NCBI GenBank assembly: GCA_964016885.1
Contig: OZ024753.1
Span: 868,001 to 932,000, forward strand
Source of the DNA: Eledone cirrhosa
Taxonomy: Eukaryota
DNA: 64,000 nt
Direction: 5' to 3'
The position numbers and the translations under genes were made by a program. A model generated the notes under the pieces. The model was not told the origin of the DNA. It ran no database searches and saw only the letters and a list, made by a program, of their open reading frames with translations. Numbering within the stretch: the first letter of the stretch is position 1; each line of letters starts with the position of its first letter. Positions 38,001 through 50,461 of the stretch are shown here, piece after piece.

Positions 38001-39582
38001 TTCTCTTTCCATAGATGGTGACTTCTTTAGTTTTACCAAACATGAACCAGTCGGTATTTGTGGCCTACTAGTACCTGTAAGTAGTTCTACCAATCAATCA
38101 ATGCTCATTTATTTATTTTTTTTTTTGTTAGCTCTTAACATCCTGTAATGGATGGTAAATCACTAAAGGAGATAATAACAGGACTTTGCCTGGCCTCTTG
38201 GCACCAGGAAGCTGAACATCATAATGGAAAAAACAACTCTATTAGTTTTACAATGGTTTACTTCAGTGCTTCCGTATCAGTGTGGGAGCTGGACTTTTAC
38301 TGTCAGCATGGAAGGAAGAATCGAGGCATTTGAGTACAAGTGCTTCAAAAAGCTGCTACACATCCCATACACAGAGCACAAGACAAACAACTTTGTTGGG
38401 CAGCAAGTCACCAAATATGTTGACAGACAGGAACCACACATTGTGTTGGTAAAAAGAGGGAAGCTTGCCTGTTATGGTCATGTATTTAGCCATGACTTAA
38501 CTGTCTAAAACCATCCTTGATGACACAGTTAAAAGACTGTGAAGAAGAAACATTTGTGATCTTTCCATACACATATATATATGTATGTGAGCATGTATGT
38601 GTGTAATATTACATATCATTTTCTATTCAATTTTCTTATTTATTTTCTCCAGTGGAACTACCCAATGTTGATGATGACATGGAAAATGGCCCCTGCTTTA
38701 TCATGTGGTAACTGTATTGTAGTAAAACCTGCCGAACAAACACCTCTTACAGCTCTCTATTGTGCATCTCTTGTAAAAGAGGTCAGTAACTTAATACATT
38801 ATGATATGACTGTTGCTTAACCCTTTAGTATTTACATTACTCTATATTTGCTATTGTATTTCCATGGTAAACACTTTATCTCACATAATTATCCCACATA
38901 ATATCGAATCTACGAGATTTTGATATTATATATTTTGAGAACAATACCTTAACATAAGTATCAGCAGCTGGTTATGGCCAGTTTGAACTGAAAGAGGGGA
39001 GAGAATTCTGGCCAGATATGGCCAGTTTAAATGCTAAAGGGTTAAGGCAGTGAATTTTGATTTTAACTTTTTTGTCTGTATTTTGGTAATATGGTAAAGT
39101 AACTGATACCAGTTATGTCTTGGGTCGATTAAATTAATTACACTCCTTCTTCTCCTTCTTTTCCTCCCTTTGTTTCCTCTTCTTCATCCTCTTTATCTTC
39201 TTCTTTATCCTCCTTGGTGTCCTGTCTAGGGGGGAAATCTTGTACTCTCAGTCACTTAAGGATAGGCTGATGAGCCTCAAGCCTTGGGGCAGACTCTAAC
39301 TGGAATGTTATCACACTCATGTTTTATACTATTGTAGATATTTTATAATAATTTCACTTATTAAATTTCCCTCAGTCATTCTCTTCCTGTCTCTTTCTCT
39401 TTAGGCTGGATTCCCTCCAGGTGTTGTCAATGTTGTACCTGGCTATGGTACTACTTGTGGACAGTCAATTTCTTCTCATCCTGACATTAACAAAGTATCT
39501 TTCACTGGATCAACTGAGGTAAGAGTTTTTGACTTCACTGTATTGTGACTTACAGACTCACACATGCGCACACACGCACACA

Positions 39583-39651
<69 letters not shown>

Positions 39652-39761
39652 CTCGCTTGTACTGTAAACCAAACAGGTGTTTTCTCTTCTACCAGTCTTC
39701 TCTTATCATTTGTTCACCCAGGTGAAGCTGGGTGCATTAGCAAGTAGAGTTATAAATTGAC

Positions 39762-39817
<56 letters not shown>

Positions 39818-42800
39818 ATGTGCATCACATACCTAGATCAAATAACCACTCCATTGCAGTAAATCACAAGATTGCCCAAAGAGCCGGCTATTGCCATGTT
39901 TGTTGTTGAAATAAATACTAGCTATTCACTGATGTAGACAGAATCGACTATAACCTTCCTGCCACACACACACACACACACACTCACCCGCACACACACA
40001 CACACACACTCACACTCACACACACTCACAGTCACACCAGAATAAGGCCTTATTCTTCAAGAATTTCAGCCTCACAAGCTACAATGGCTTTTCCAGCATG
40101 TCTCCCTCACCATCCTCCAGAGAAACGCCTTCTCTTTTCTGTCCACCAGGGCTGTGGGGTGGCCAACACGTGGGCCCCCACTTACTCATAATAGTGTGAG
40201 ATGGGGAAAGATGGAGGCAGTGCCAGTGGGAGTTTGGTTTCTTTGTATTTGGACCTGGTGTATATGTATGTTTCACAGACACACACTCATTCTGAGGTAA
40301 ACAAAAACCTATTCATTTCAATACCTTTGTTTATTTACTTCAGGTTGGTAAGCAGGTAATGCAAGCTGCAGGAAGCAGTAACTTGAAAAATTGTTCCCTA
40401 GAACTTAGTGGAAAATGTCCTCTTGTTATCTTTCCTGATACTGATCGTGAGTGAAACAATTTAATATTTAAAATATGTGCGTCCCAACACATAATACTGG
40501 ATTCTGATTTGCACCATAATAATTGTTTCTACTTTTGGCACAAGGCCAGCAATTATCCCAGTGTATTACTGGTACTTTATTTTATCAACCCCGTAAGGAT
40601 GAAAGGCAAAGTTAACCTCGGCGAGATTTGAACGCAGAGTGTAAAGGGCCGTAACTCTTTCCTGCAAAGCATGGCGTCCGACCCTCTACCGATACTACCA
40701 ATCCACCGCCCTTAGGGATTTGCACCATAATAATGGTTTCAGTAATGCACTGGGGTCAATTTAATTGACTTCGCCTCCCCCCAATTTGTTGGCCTTGTCT
40801 AAATCAGAAACTATTATTATTATGATTATTTATATTGGGACACATACATTTTCAATTTCAAATTTTCCCAGAGCTTTAACTGTCTATCAGCTTACTTTCA
40901 TAAATTCATCTCTAAACAGCCACTAATCCTAATTAGAGTCACATCTCACATTTCACATCTAACATCTCGCATCTAGCATCTCACATCCCATATATTACAT
41001 CTCACATCTCACATATCACATGTCACATCTTACATCTCACATGTCACAGCTAACTAATATTGCTCTGAATCAAATTGTTAGAACATCAAACAAAATGCTT
41101 GAGGTATTTAGTTGCATCTTTTTATTTTTTATAGTTCTAATCTCACTTGTGTCAATTTACTGTTTTCTCATTCCAGGGGTCAATAAAATAAAGTACTAAT
41201 CAAGTATACGGGTTGATTTAATATTCCTATTAGTATCCTAGATGTGAATGGAAAAGAGGCCAACTTTGCCTCACATTTTCCCAGAACTCAATAAAAATAA
41301 AGTATTAGTCAAGATTTAATATTCCTATAAAGCATTTTAGATGTGAGTAGAATTATAATAGAAGAAACTATGTTGTTTAACAAGAAATAAGCCCCAGTTA
41401 AGCAGTTCTATTTTAACTGACCATATCATCATTTTGTGTAACTAAGAACACATTATCTAATGTGTTCTTCATTTTTCAAGGCAGTTGAATGTGATTTGAT
41501 AGGGATTTGGCTGCTATTTTTCTAGCAGATCACATGAACACGTTGTAGATTTGATTATATAATATATTTTTTTCTTTCTATTTTTATTCTTTTAGTTGAT
41601 TTTGCTGTGCAACAAGCTCATGAAGCTGCTTTTCAGAACATGGGCCAATGTCGCTGGTCTGGCTCTCGAACTTATATCCATGAGAGTATTTATGAGGAGT
41701 TTGTAAAGCGGTCTGTGGAACAGGCCACTCGCAGGAAAGTTGGTGATCCTTATGAATTGGATACTGAACATGGACCTCAGGTGAGTTCAATAGAGATGGA
41801 AACACGGAGCTAGAGTGAGTTCAGTAAAGGTGGGAAAATAATGTGAAAGTTATTAATATGAAAGTTTGGAGTTGTTAATTATGGATTGCTGTGAAAGTTG
41901 TTAATGAACATTTAGTGTGAAATTATTAATAAAAAATTCATCACTAACAACTTATTAACAACTTCTACACTAATCTGTGACCCACAACCTCCACATTAAT
42001 CAAACAGAAACATTTTCCACACTAATTTCTCATCAACAACTTCTACACTAATCTTTCATTTGCAACTTCCAAAGCCATCTATAGTTAACTACTTCCATAA
42101 TCTTCTTTAATAATATCCACAACAATCTCTCTTTAACCTGTTGACTGCTGCATATATTTTCACAGCTACAGTTGCTCTGCTGGGCTGTTTTTCCAGTAAA
42201 ATGTCTATTTTTTTAAAACAAACATTTATTAACAACACATATCTGAATGATTGGGTGAATTGGCAGTATCGCTAGAGGGTCGGGCGCCATGCTTTGCAGC
42301 ATAGTTACATCCCTTTACGGACTGAGTTCAAATCCCGCCGAGGTTAACTTTGCCTTTCATCCTTATGGGGTCAATAAAATAAAGTACCAGTAATACACTG
42401 AGATAATTGCTGGCCTTGTGCCAAAAGTAGAAACAGTTATATCAATAAATTAGTAACCCCCTCTAGCTTTGAAGTTATGAACTGTTGGAAAAGAGTTCAA
42501 ACATGCTAGCATGAGTTATCTTATCTACAGCACTGAAGAGGTTAATCATTTCCATATTAATCCCTTATTAACAATCTCCATATGAATTTTTCTATTAATA
42601 ATTTCCCACATGTCATCATCATAGACCTTCAACATCATTTTCTTTTATTTTAGATTGATGAGGAACAATACAACAAGGTCATGGACTATATAAAGAGTGC
42701 CCAGGAGCAAGGTGCCAAGCTGAAATGTGGTGGTAACAAACATGGAGAGAAAGGTTACTATATAGAACCAACTGTCTTCTCTGAGGTTACTGACAACATG

Positions 42801-44646
42801 AAGATTGCCAAAGAAGAGGTAAAGAGAGTTTTTATTTCCATTGTTGTTATTATTACCACTATTATGTGGTATGGCAGTGTCGGAAGAGCCTCGGACAACA
42901 CGCTTCGCAGCATAGAGTTACAGCCCTTCATGTTCTGAGTTCAAATCTCCCAAAGTTAGTTTTGATTTCATCCTTATGGGGTCGATAAAATAAAGTATCA
43001 GTAACGCACTGGGTTCGATTTAATCGACTTTTCCCTTCCCCAAAAATTGTTGGCCTTATGCCTAAAGTAGAAACAGTTATTGGTCTTTTCTTTCTTTGTA
43101 TCCTAAAAACCTAATGCAAACATTCTTCTTTTTGCTTCTATCCAGATCTTTGGTCCAGTACAACTGCTGATGAAATTCCGTGATCTTGATGAAGTGATTG
43201 ATCGTTGTAACAACAGTGACTATGGAATGGCTGCTGCTATATTTACCAATGATATTAACAGAACTATGACTTTTACAAATGCAGTTAATACTGGCACTGT
43301 TTGGTAAGTGTCTTACACAAGACCTTTATTTTCTATAATTTGTGTTTTTCATGGGGGTGAACCTCAAACTCAAAGACCACCCCAGGGAGCATAAGCTCTA
43401 ACTGCACTACTGGTTCCAATCAAGACATAACCACTTAAAAGAAATTCAAATAGTTGTGTCTGATTCGATATAGATTTAGCTACTCTTTCTAGCAGAACAA
43501 GCAACTATGTAGAGGCTTTTTCTAAATTGTTTAATGTAACAATGCTAAATTTTAAATATTGCTCTTAATCAAGCAGATTTATGGCCAATGAGCTTCCAGC
43601 CCTTTCTCTCCCATCATTTTTTTTTTCAAGAAAGTAGGTTCTAGTGTGATGAAGATTTGGCTGCTATTGCTAGCAGGTCAAGTGACAAAATAGATTTCCT
43701 CCACCCTCATTGGCTAGAATATCTTCCTTTATGTGCTAACTGCCATCAAGACTTCTGATATCCTGGGTTCCCACACTGCTGTTTTCCTCCACAAAGTCAA
43801 TATTACATAAAATAAATACTTTAATATTTAATGTGATGCAGTCATAGTGTTATTTTGTACTTTACAAGAATGTCTTGCTTATGTGGTTTTATGTGGTAAA
43901 GTATGTTAAAAGTTAAACAATAACAACAATTTATTTTCCCCTTTTTTTATTTACTTCCAGGGTTAATACTTATCATCATTGGTTCCCACAAGCACCATTT
44001 GGTGGTTACAAGACATCTGGAATATCTAGAGAGCTGTAAGTACTTTCATTTTAACCCTTTAGCATTTACATTACTCTATATTTACAATTATATTTTCATG
44101 GTAAAGGCTTTATCTTACATAATATCGAATCTATGAGGTTTTGATGTTATTTATTTTGAGAACAATACCTTAACATCAGTATGAGTGGGTGGTTAGATGT
44201 AGGTGAGAAAGATACATCAGCTCAAAATTTGATATTTATTACAATAAACTGTACATAAGGCTGGATACAATTAAAAAATATATATAAATTCCTCATATGC
44301 AAGTTTAGCCACACTGAATTTGACATTAAAATATATTACCAAACACTGTTAATTATATCCTAATTATGATATAATTAACAATGTTTGCTAATATCTGATA
44401 TATATACAATATTAAATAAATGGAAAACTATATTTATAAAACCATTATATTGTATTTTGTCTGATGAAGGCATAGCATATTGTTAATATGATATCCCCGA
44501 AATATATATAATGAAATAAATATGGTTTTATAAATATAGTTTTCCATTTATTTAATATTGTAAATATACTCCAAATATTTGTCGAGTGCTTTTATATCAG
44601 TTATAAATATTTACTAGTTGTAACCCAACAATTTTAAATATAACTT

Positions 44647-44729
<83 letters not shown>

Positions 44730-44903
44730 GTGAGGTTTTTTTACAAAATAAAAAATAACTGAGGTGTCCTATACGAGTGAAAGTATAAGGAAAAAAGATG
44801 AAATCTGCGAAAGAAGAACTGCGAAACCAGTAAAGGAACCAAATAAATATATATATTTTTTTTAAAATAAGACTTCAGTTGCATTTTAGATTTCATCTTT
44901 TTT

Positions 44904-44937
<34 letters not shown>

Positions 44938-45738
44938 CAAACTTGACAAGCTGTATGCAAATAAGCATTTCAATAAATGTATTATTTGCAAAAATCTATA
45001 TATAAGCTCTCAGTTTATTTCACTCAACACTAAATGAGTAAACATCACTGAAATACTATCCAGTATGGCATCCTCACACAGCTACTCGGTAACTGAACCA
45101 TAATCACAGCTTAAAATACCCACAGCAAGTGTAAATGTAGGCAGTGAATTGTAGTTTCTATATTTCTCTGCAGTGACTGCTACTCCATTATATTAAATTA
45201 AAAAAAATAACTAATCTTCTTTTTCATTATTTCCAGGGGTAAATATGCACTTCGTGAATATACAGAAGTTAAAAGTGTAAGTATTTGGCTTTAATTATAT
45301 TCTAGTGTATAGAGAGAAATTCTCTGTTTATAGTGTATTGAGAGAAATTCTTTGTCTATAGTGTATAGAGAGAAATTCTTTGTCTATAGTGTATAGAGAG
45401 AAATTCTTTGTCTATAGTGTATAGAGAGAAATTCTTTGTCTATAGTGTATTGAGAGAAATTCTTTGTCTATCCATTTTCCTTCTGTTACATCATGCACAC
45501 TGTCATAGAAAGGAAGAAATTCTGGTACTATTACATCATGGCAGCTCCTCTATTTCATTGTATGCCTTCTTGTGGCTCTCGAGCTATTTATCTTTATGTG
45601 ATGATGATGATATCTTATGGTCCTATGAGTTTCTATGAGTTTAAATTTAATTAGTTCATCCACATATCATCTTATAAATCTCTTTGTTTATTCTATTAAT
45701 TACAGATCATCTACAGAATTCCACAGAAGAACTCTTAA
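31761..45738 (+). CDS. Omega-crystallin (ALDH1/2-derived lens crystallin), 495 aa, 14 coding exons
   Basis: join(31761-31811,34201-34305,35351-35491,37055-37181,38015-38076,38653-38781,39405-39518,40344-40446,41596-41780,42654-42818,43146-43303,43961-44035,45237-45276,45706-45738); 1488 nt in frame. [86 protein letters not shown]. Confidence 0.95.
31901..33028 (-). mobile_element. RTE-like LINE (PHD family), 5'-truncated, in crystallin intron 1
   Basis: Intact PHD finger WPCSVC..CPKC...HKRC...CSSC, FCYLGD, C-terminus, 3' UTR and (GAT)n tail into (TA)n; closely similar to 15445-16578. Confidence 0.92.
33029..33125 (+). mobile_element. Tail of the 205-bp hairpin element, fused to the LINE 5' end
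   Basis: Near identical to 46387-46482. Confidence 0.85.
33406..33549. repeat. Inverted repeat with ~65-bp arms in (TA)n, with hammerhead-like words in the arms
   Basis: Arms 33406-33471 and 33484-33549. Confidence 0.85.
34623..34968 (+). mobile_element. Full-length family B SINE (tRNA head + CORE-like body + RTE 3' tail + (GAT)n)
   Basis: A/B boxes; the 3' part matches the LINE 3' UTR (ggtgttaggaagggcatccagctgtagaaatcaagccag); second copy at 50459-50698 (-). Confidence 0.85.
35608..35795 (+). mobile_element. tRNA-derived SINE family A
   Basis: Consensus match. Confidence 0.85.
35974..36159. mobile_element. hAT (Charlie-like) MITE
   Basis: TIRs cagggtttcctaaa / tttgggaaccactg; 8-bp TSD gcttatac / gcttatat. 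Confidence 0.8.
36430..36660 (-). mobile_element. RTE-like LINE APE N-terminal fragment
   Basis: [34 protein letters not shown]...HGVG. Confidence 0.75.
38135..38540 (+). mobile_element. RTE-like LINE C-terminal fragment
   Basis: SWT...[26 protein letters not shown]...KL..YGHV. Confidence 0.75.
38821..39041 (+). mobile_element. piggyBac-type MITE, full length
   Basis: TTAA|ccctttag ... ctaaaggg|TTAA. Confidence 0.9.
40520..40712 (-). mobile_element. tRNA-derived SINE family A with TSD
   Basis: Flanked by gatttgcaccataataat on both sides. Confidence 0.9.
42137..42541. mobile_element. Second piggyBac-type MITE family containing a family A SINE (42255-42440)
   Basis: TTAA|cctgttgactgctg ... 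cagcactgaagagg|TTAA. Confidence 0.65.
42868..43081 (+). mobile_element. tRNA-derived SINE family A
   Basis: Consensus match. Confidence 0.85.
44055..44195 (+). mobile_element. piggyBac-type MITE, 3'-truncated
   Basis: TTAA|ccctttagcattta and the internal consensus. Confidence 0.75.
44451..44518 (+). ncRNA. Minimal type-I hammerhead ribozyme at the apex of a ~40-bp inverted repeat (44405-44562)
   Basis: tattttgt CTGATGA a gg..catatt-gtt-aatatg..cc GAAA tatata TA atgaaata. Confidence 0.65.
45303..45470. repeat. 28-bp minisatellite, about 6 copies
   Basis: Unit tagtgtatagagagaaattctttgtcta. Confidence 0.93.
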
Positions 45739-45879
45739 TTGCTGATGATGTCATCCAAGAAATTATATTGAATGGAGAATGGAAGTAAACAAACATTCCT
45801 GCCATGAAGAAGAGATGATTCCAACAGCAACAACAAGACTATCAGCATAATAAATACTATTGCCACTATTACTACGACT

Positions 45880-46076
<197 letters not shown>

Positions 46077-46199
46077 AAAAAATAAAATAAAAAACTTGCC
46101 ACTGCAATATGTCTTTTGCTAACATTGCTATTATTTTTATTTATTATTTTTATTTTGTATTTTCAAAAATGTTTCAACTGCTAATTCTGTAATATTCAT

Positions 46200-46277
<78 letters not shown>

Positions 46278-46280
<3 letters not shown>

Positions 46281-46479
46281 AAGGAGTAGGACCCCGACGG
46301 CTGAGCTCAAGCCGTTTCGACGGCTAATTCTGGACTAAATTTAGTCCAGAATTAGCCGTCGAAACGGCTTGAGCTCAGCCGTCGGGGTCCTACTCGTTCC
46401 TATTACCCACTCTACTACCCTAAGTATTGAGTACTTTGGTGCGTTATGGTCCATCTGGTTCCTTACCACATTTCCTTTG

Positions 46480-46482
<3 letters not shown>
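46278..46482 (+). mobile_element. Hairpin element (205-bp family) in (TA)n, cleanest copy
   Basis: Near-perfect palindrome 46276-46403 plus tail. Confidence 0.9.
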
Positions 46483-46536
<54 letters not shown>

Positions 46537-47325
46537 CAATGAAATTAAACACAAAACGGTTAATTCATAGTAAAACTCATTATTTTACGATCGTTTCTGG
46601 GGGGTAGTTCCCCGAATGTCCATTCAATTATTGATCTATGTAAAATATTATCTGTGTATATATATATATATATATATTTATGTTTAGTGGTTCATCACTG
46701 GACAGAATTGGTCAGTCTGGCCACCTGTTGTCTTAATCAAACACATATATATATGTGTGTGTGTGTGTATATATGTGTATGTGTGTATGCATGTGTGTGT
46801 ATATACATACACTACAATATGCAATGGAATAAAATATGAAAAATTAACAACCAGTCTTTGTAATAATTCATGTATAACTTCTCTGTATATAAAGACCCAT
46901 ATCAATTATATAACAATACAATCAGCATGGAGTGCTTAATTTGGCATACACTTGGATTAATTGTTTATAATAGTCCAAGCACAACACTCATATTTACCGT
47001 ATATATTTGATTATAACCCAAGGAATATGTGACCAAAAAAATCAATGGTAAAATGGGAGGTTGGCTTATAAACACTGACTCAACAATGTGTTGATTAGCT
47101 GCCTCAGTTTATATTTGGGTTTGGATTTTTGCTTATTTCTCAGACAGAAAATAGAGGGAGGGGTTTATATATACAATAATCTATCATTTCAACAAAGAGA
47201 ATTTGTTATATAGATTATAGAATGGTGTCCCATTAAAGAAAAGAAATGAACCAGAATTCCAGTAAGGTACTCAATATATTAAGTAGACCGGGTATTTTAT
47301 TTCATTATATTGAGAGGTGGCTTTT

Positions 47326-47413
<88 letters not shown>

Positions 47414-48222
47414 GTATATATATATCACCAGAAGATGAGCTGTAAATACAAAGTCCTTCCCTGGTGAAGAATGCATCTGTCAACACAACCTAGTAGTTAG
47501 TGACCTTATAGTTAGGGCTAGATGAATTTGATAAGAGAGGACAACCTGGAGGAGAAGAATGTGGAAGTTGAAGGCTCTCACAGTCACTAACAAATTTAGA
47601 GGTATGTTGCTTGATGCTTTTGACAGTAAGAAAAAGCAAATAGAAACATACAATATAGAGGAGCAGTGAGAATTCCTTAAAGATAACAAATGAAATCTGT
47701 GGTTGGGGCAGGTCTCTGGGGAGAAGGAGAGTGATCTGGTGTTGGAATAGCAGGGTGGACGAGACATTCTAACCACATGCCCACAGTATCAGAGCTGTGA
47801 TCTCTCAATTTGGAGAAGTAGCAGCTCTAACAGAAATGACTCTCTCATCTCCAAGCTATGCACACTATCGAGTAACATTAGTCCAAAGATCCTTTGAGGG
47901 AACCGTATTTTGGCAACTCATATTCACAATCGTTTTTTTTTCAGTCACTACTCATACTAGGTATGGATGGATAGACTTGCATCAGTTTCAACAATGAAAT
48001 TAGCATGAAGTGGCTGAGCATTCCACAGACATTGTACTCTTAACATAATTCTCAAGGAAATTTAACATGAGTTAGTCTGTGACAAGGTCAGGCTTTTGAT
48101 TTACAGGTACAATCCACCCAACAGACTTCCAGATAATTTCCATCTCCCCAATTTAACTCCTAAGGCATGAGTTGATCGAAGTGACTCTCGTCTAAGATGC
48201 CACTAGGTGGTGTCAAACTTAA

Positions 48223-48443
48223 CCCTTTATCATTTACATTACTCTTTATATACTATTCTATTTTCATAGTAAACACTTTATCTCAGATAATCATCCCATA
48301 AAATATTGAATCTATGAGATTTTGATATTATTTATTTTGAGAACAATACCTTAACATAAGTATGGGCAGTCAGTTATGGTCAGTTTGAACAGAAAGAGGT
48401 GAGAGCATTCTGGTTAGATATGGCCGGTTTAAATGCTAAAGGG
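48223..48443 (+). mobile_element. piggyBac-type MITE
   Basis: TTAA TSD and TIRs. Confidence 0.88.
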
Positions 48444-48810
48444 TTAAGACCTAATGATTGTGAAGCAAACCTCTTAACTGCTATTGTGTATCCACTCTAG
48501 TTAAATGATAGCTCCATAAAAACACGGATGTGGCATTTTTCGGTATTTTCTGAATGTAAATTCAGAATCAATTTAAAGATTATCAAAATTTGTACGTCTA
48601 AGAATTATTGATAATATTAAAATCAATAAAAACACTAATATCATTTAACCTCACTTAGGAATGGGAAGAATAGTAATTCCTTTTAACACCTGTTTTTTTT
48701 TTTTCTAAGTGCTATTTGTCATCTGTGGGACTGTTTAAAGAATATCAGACACTGTTAATGCATTTTATTCTTTAGACATTTGGTGTTTGTTTGTTTTGTC
48801 CAGTCAGGTA

Positions 48811-48877
48811 AAATAATTGCTGACATAGAAAAAATTCCTTATAAATTCTGCTTTTCCCCTTTAAGTCATATCATTCA
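48811..48877 (+). promoter_or_regulatory. Putative protease promoter: AT-rich half-MARE AATTGCTGAC (48815-48824) and TATAAA (48840)
   Basis: Directly upstream of the signal-peptide exon. Confidence 0.55.
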
Positions 48878-50386
48878 ATGAAAATGTATTCACTCGTAAA
48901 GAACATCCTACTACTGGCTGTAACAGCAACTATTGCATGTAAGTTTTCAGAATGGTCTTTATTTTATTTCAATAGACAAAAGGAAATTTTAAACTTGTAA
49001 TGTCATGTACCACATGAATCGATATTAGAAAGACAGAACAGTGGCATGACTGCATCACATTACATCACAGTACTGGCCCATGAATCATTTACTCTGCAGA
49101 ATCAACTGAAAGTCACATAAAATAATAGAACACAAGCTATACAAAAATATAGGATGTTAGAAAAGTTTTCTTCAACTCTAAACATTTTGTACAGCATAAA
49201 ACCATTTTAGTAAGACATTCAGGCAAAGTAAAAGCACAGCTCTATGTCTGTATCACATTAAACTGTAAATTCCTTACTCTAATACTGCACATTTTCATTA
49301 AGATCTGTCCACTAGATACTATAAACATTTGAATTAACAGTCATGTTTTCTTTCATTTTTTCTGCTAAAATATTATAAGGGTTAAGAAAAGGTTTGAAAC
49401 ATTTAATCTTGTTCTGTGCAAACTTCTAAATGCTAATCATGAGAAAAAGGGAACATCTAACAAACTTATTGTTGCAAGCTTAGTTTTGTATATCTCTTAG
49501 AATTTGTTATTCTGAAACTTGATAAAATATATATAAACTGATAAAATATATATGGAATCCTAAAAATCATAAGGAAAATTTTACTGTTCAGAAATTGTAG
49601 TTTTACTTTAGTTTCTGGTTTCCCAAGTGTTCATTGTTTATATATAGGAAGGGCATCCAGCTGTAGAAATCAAGCCAGAATCAGTTCTGTATGAGCAAGA
49701 CATGGTCACCTGACCTGGCATTGCCCACTACAGGACAACTCATCTAACCCATGCTAGTGTGGAAGAATGGACATAAAACGGTGATGATGATGATGATGAT
49801 GATATATATATATATAGTAATAATAATAAAATTTATACTTATATATAGCTTATATATAATTATGAATATGGAGGGTAGTACTAAGTACTAACCAGTTACT
49901 GGTAGGAGAAAAGGCTCAATGTAAATTATCAAATGTATTACAGAGCCGAGATACAAGATATAAAACAATCAAATCTTAGTTTAATACATTTAATTGCTGA
50001 CAATTGTTTCTTCCAGATGGATATCTGGAATCATCGGAGCATAGAGAATGTTTAAACAGGTGATTAAAAGCCTAGTCTTCAGAACATTTGTATGGATACA
50101 TAACTATTGCTAGTGTCATTGACATCATATAGAAAAGCAAGGAGTTACAAAAGGATGTTATGCTATGTGTTATCTGTAGCATAACATCCTTTTGTAACTC
50201 CTTGCTTTTCTATATGATGTCAATGACACTGGCAATAGTTATGTATCTATACAAATGTTCTGAAGACTATGTTTTTAATCACCTGTTTAAACATTCTCTA
50301 TGCTCTGATGATTCCAGATATCCATCTGGAAGAAACAATTGTCAGCAATTAAATGTATTAAACTAAGATTTGATTGTTTTATATTT

Positions 50387-50461
<75 letters not shown>

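Larger units (their letters stand above)
49951..50391. repeat. Long near-perfect inverted repeat (~215-bp arms, 11-bp loop), probably inverted Penelope-like pLTRs
   Basis: Arms 49951-50165 and 50177-50391; one hammerhead per arm. Confidence 0.92.

Noticed and set aside
39260-39300. CTGATGA followed by a stem-loop (gcctcaa/ttggggc)
   Set aside because: Followed by agac rather than GAAA, with no stem I or III, so not called a hammerhead
44783-44910. 23-bp inverted repeats in a TA island as another ribozyme element
   Set aside because: The inverted repeat is real but no credible core could be assembled
31761-45738. Active ALDH1A/ALDH2 orthologue
   Set aside because: The catalytic Cys is replaced by Arg and the sequence matches my recollection of cephalopod omega-crystallin
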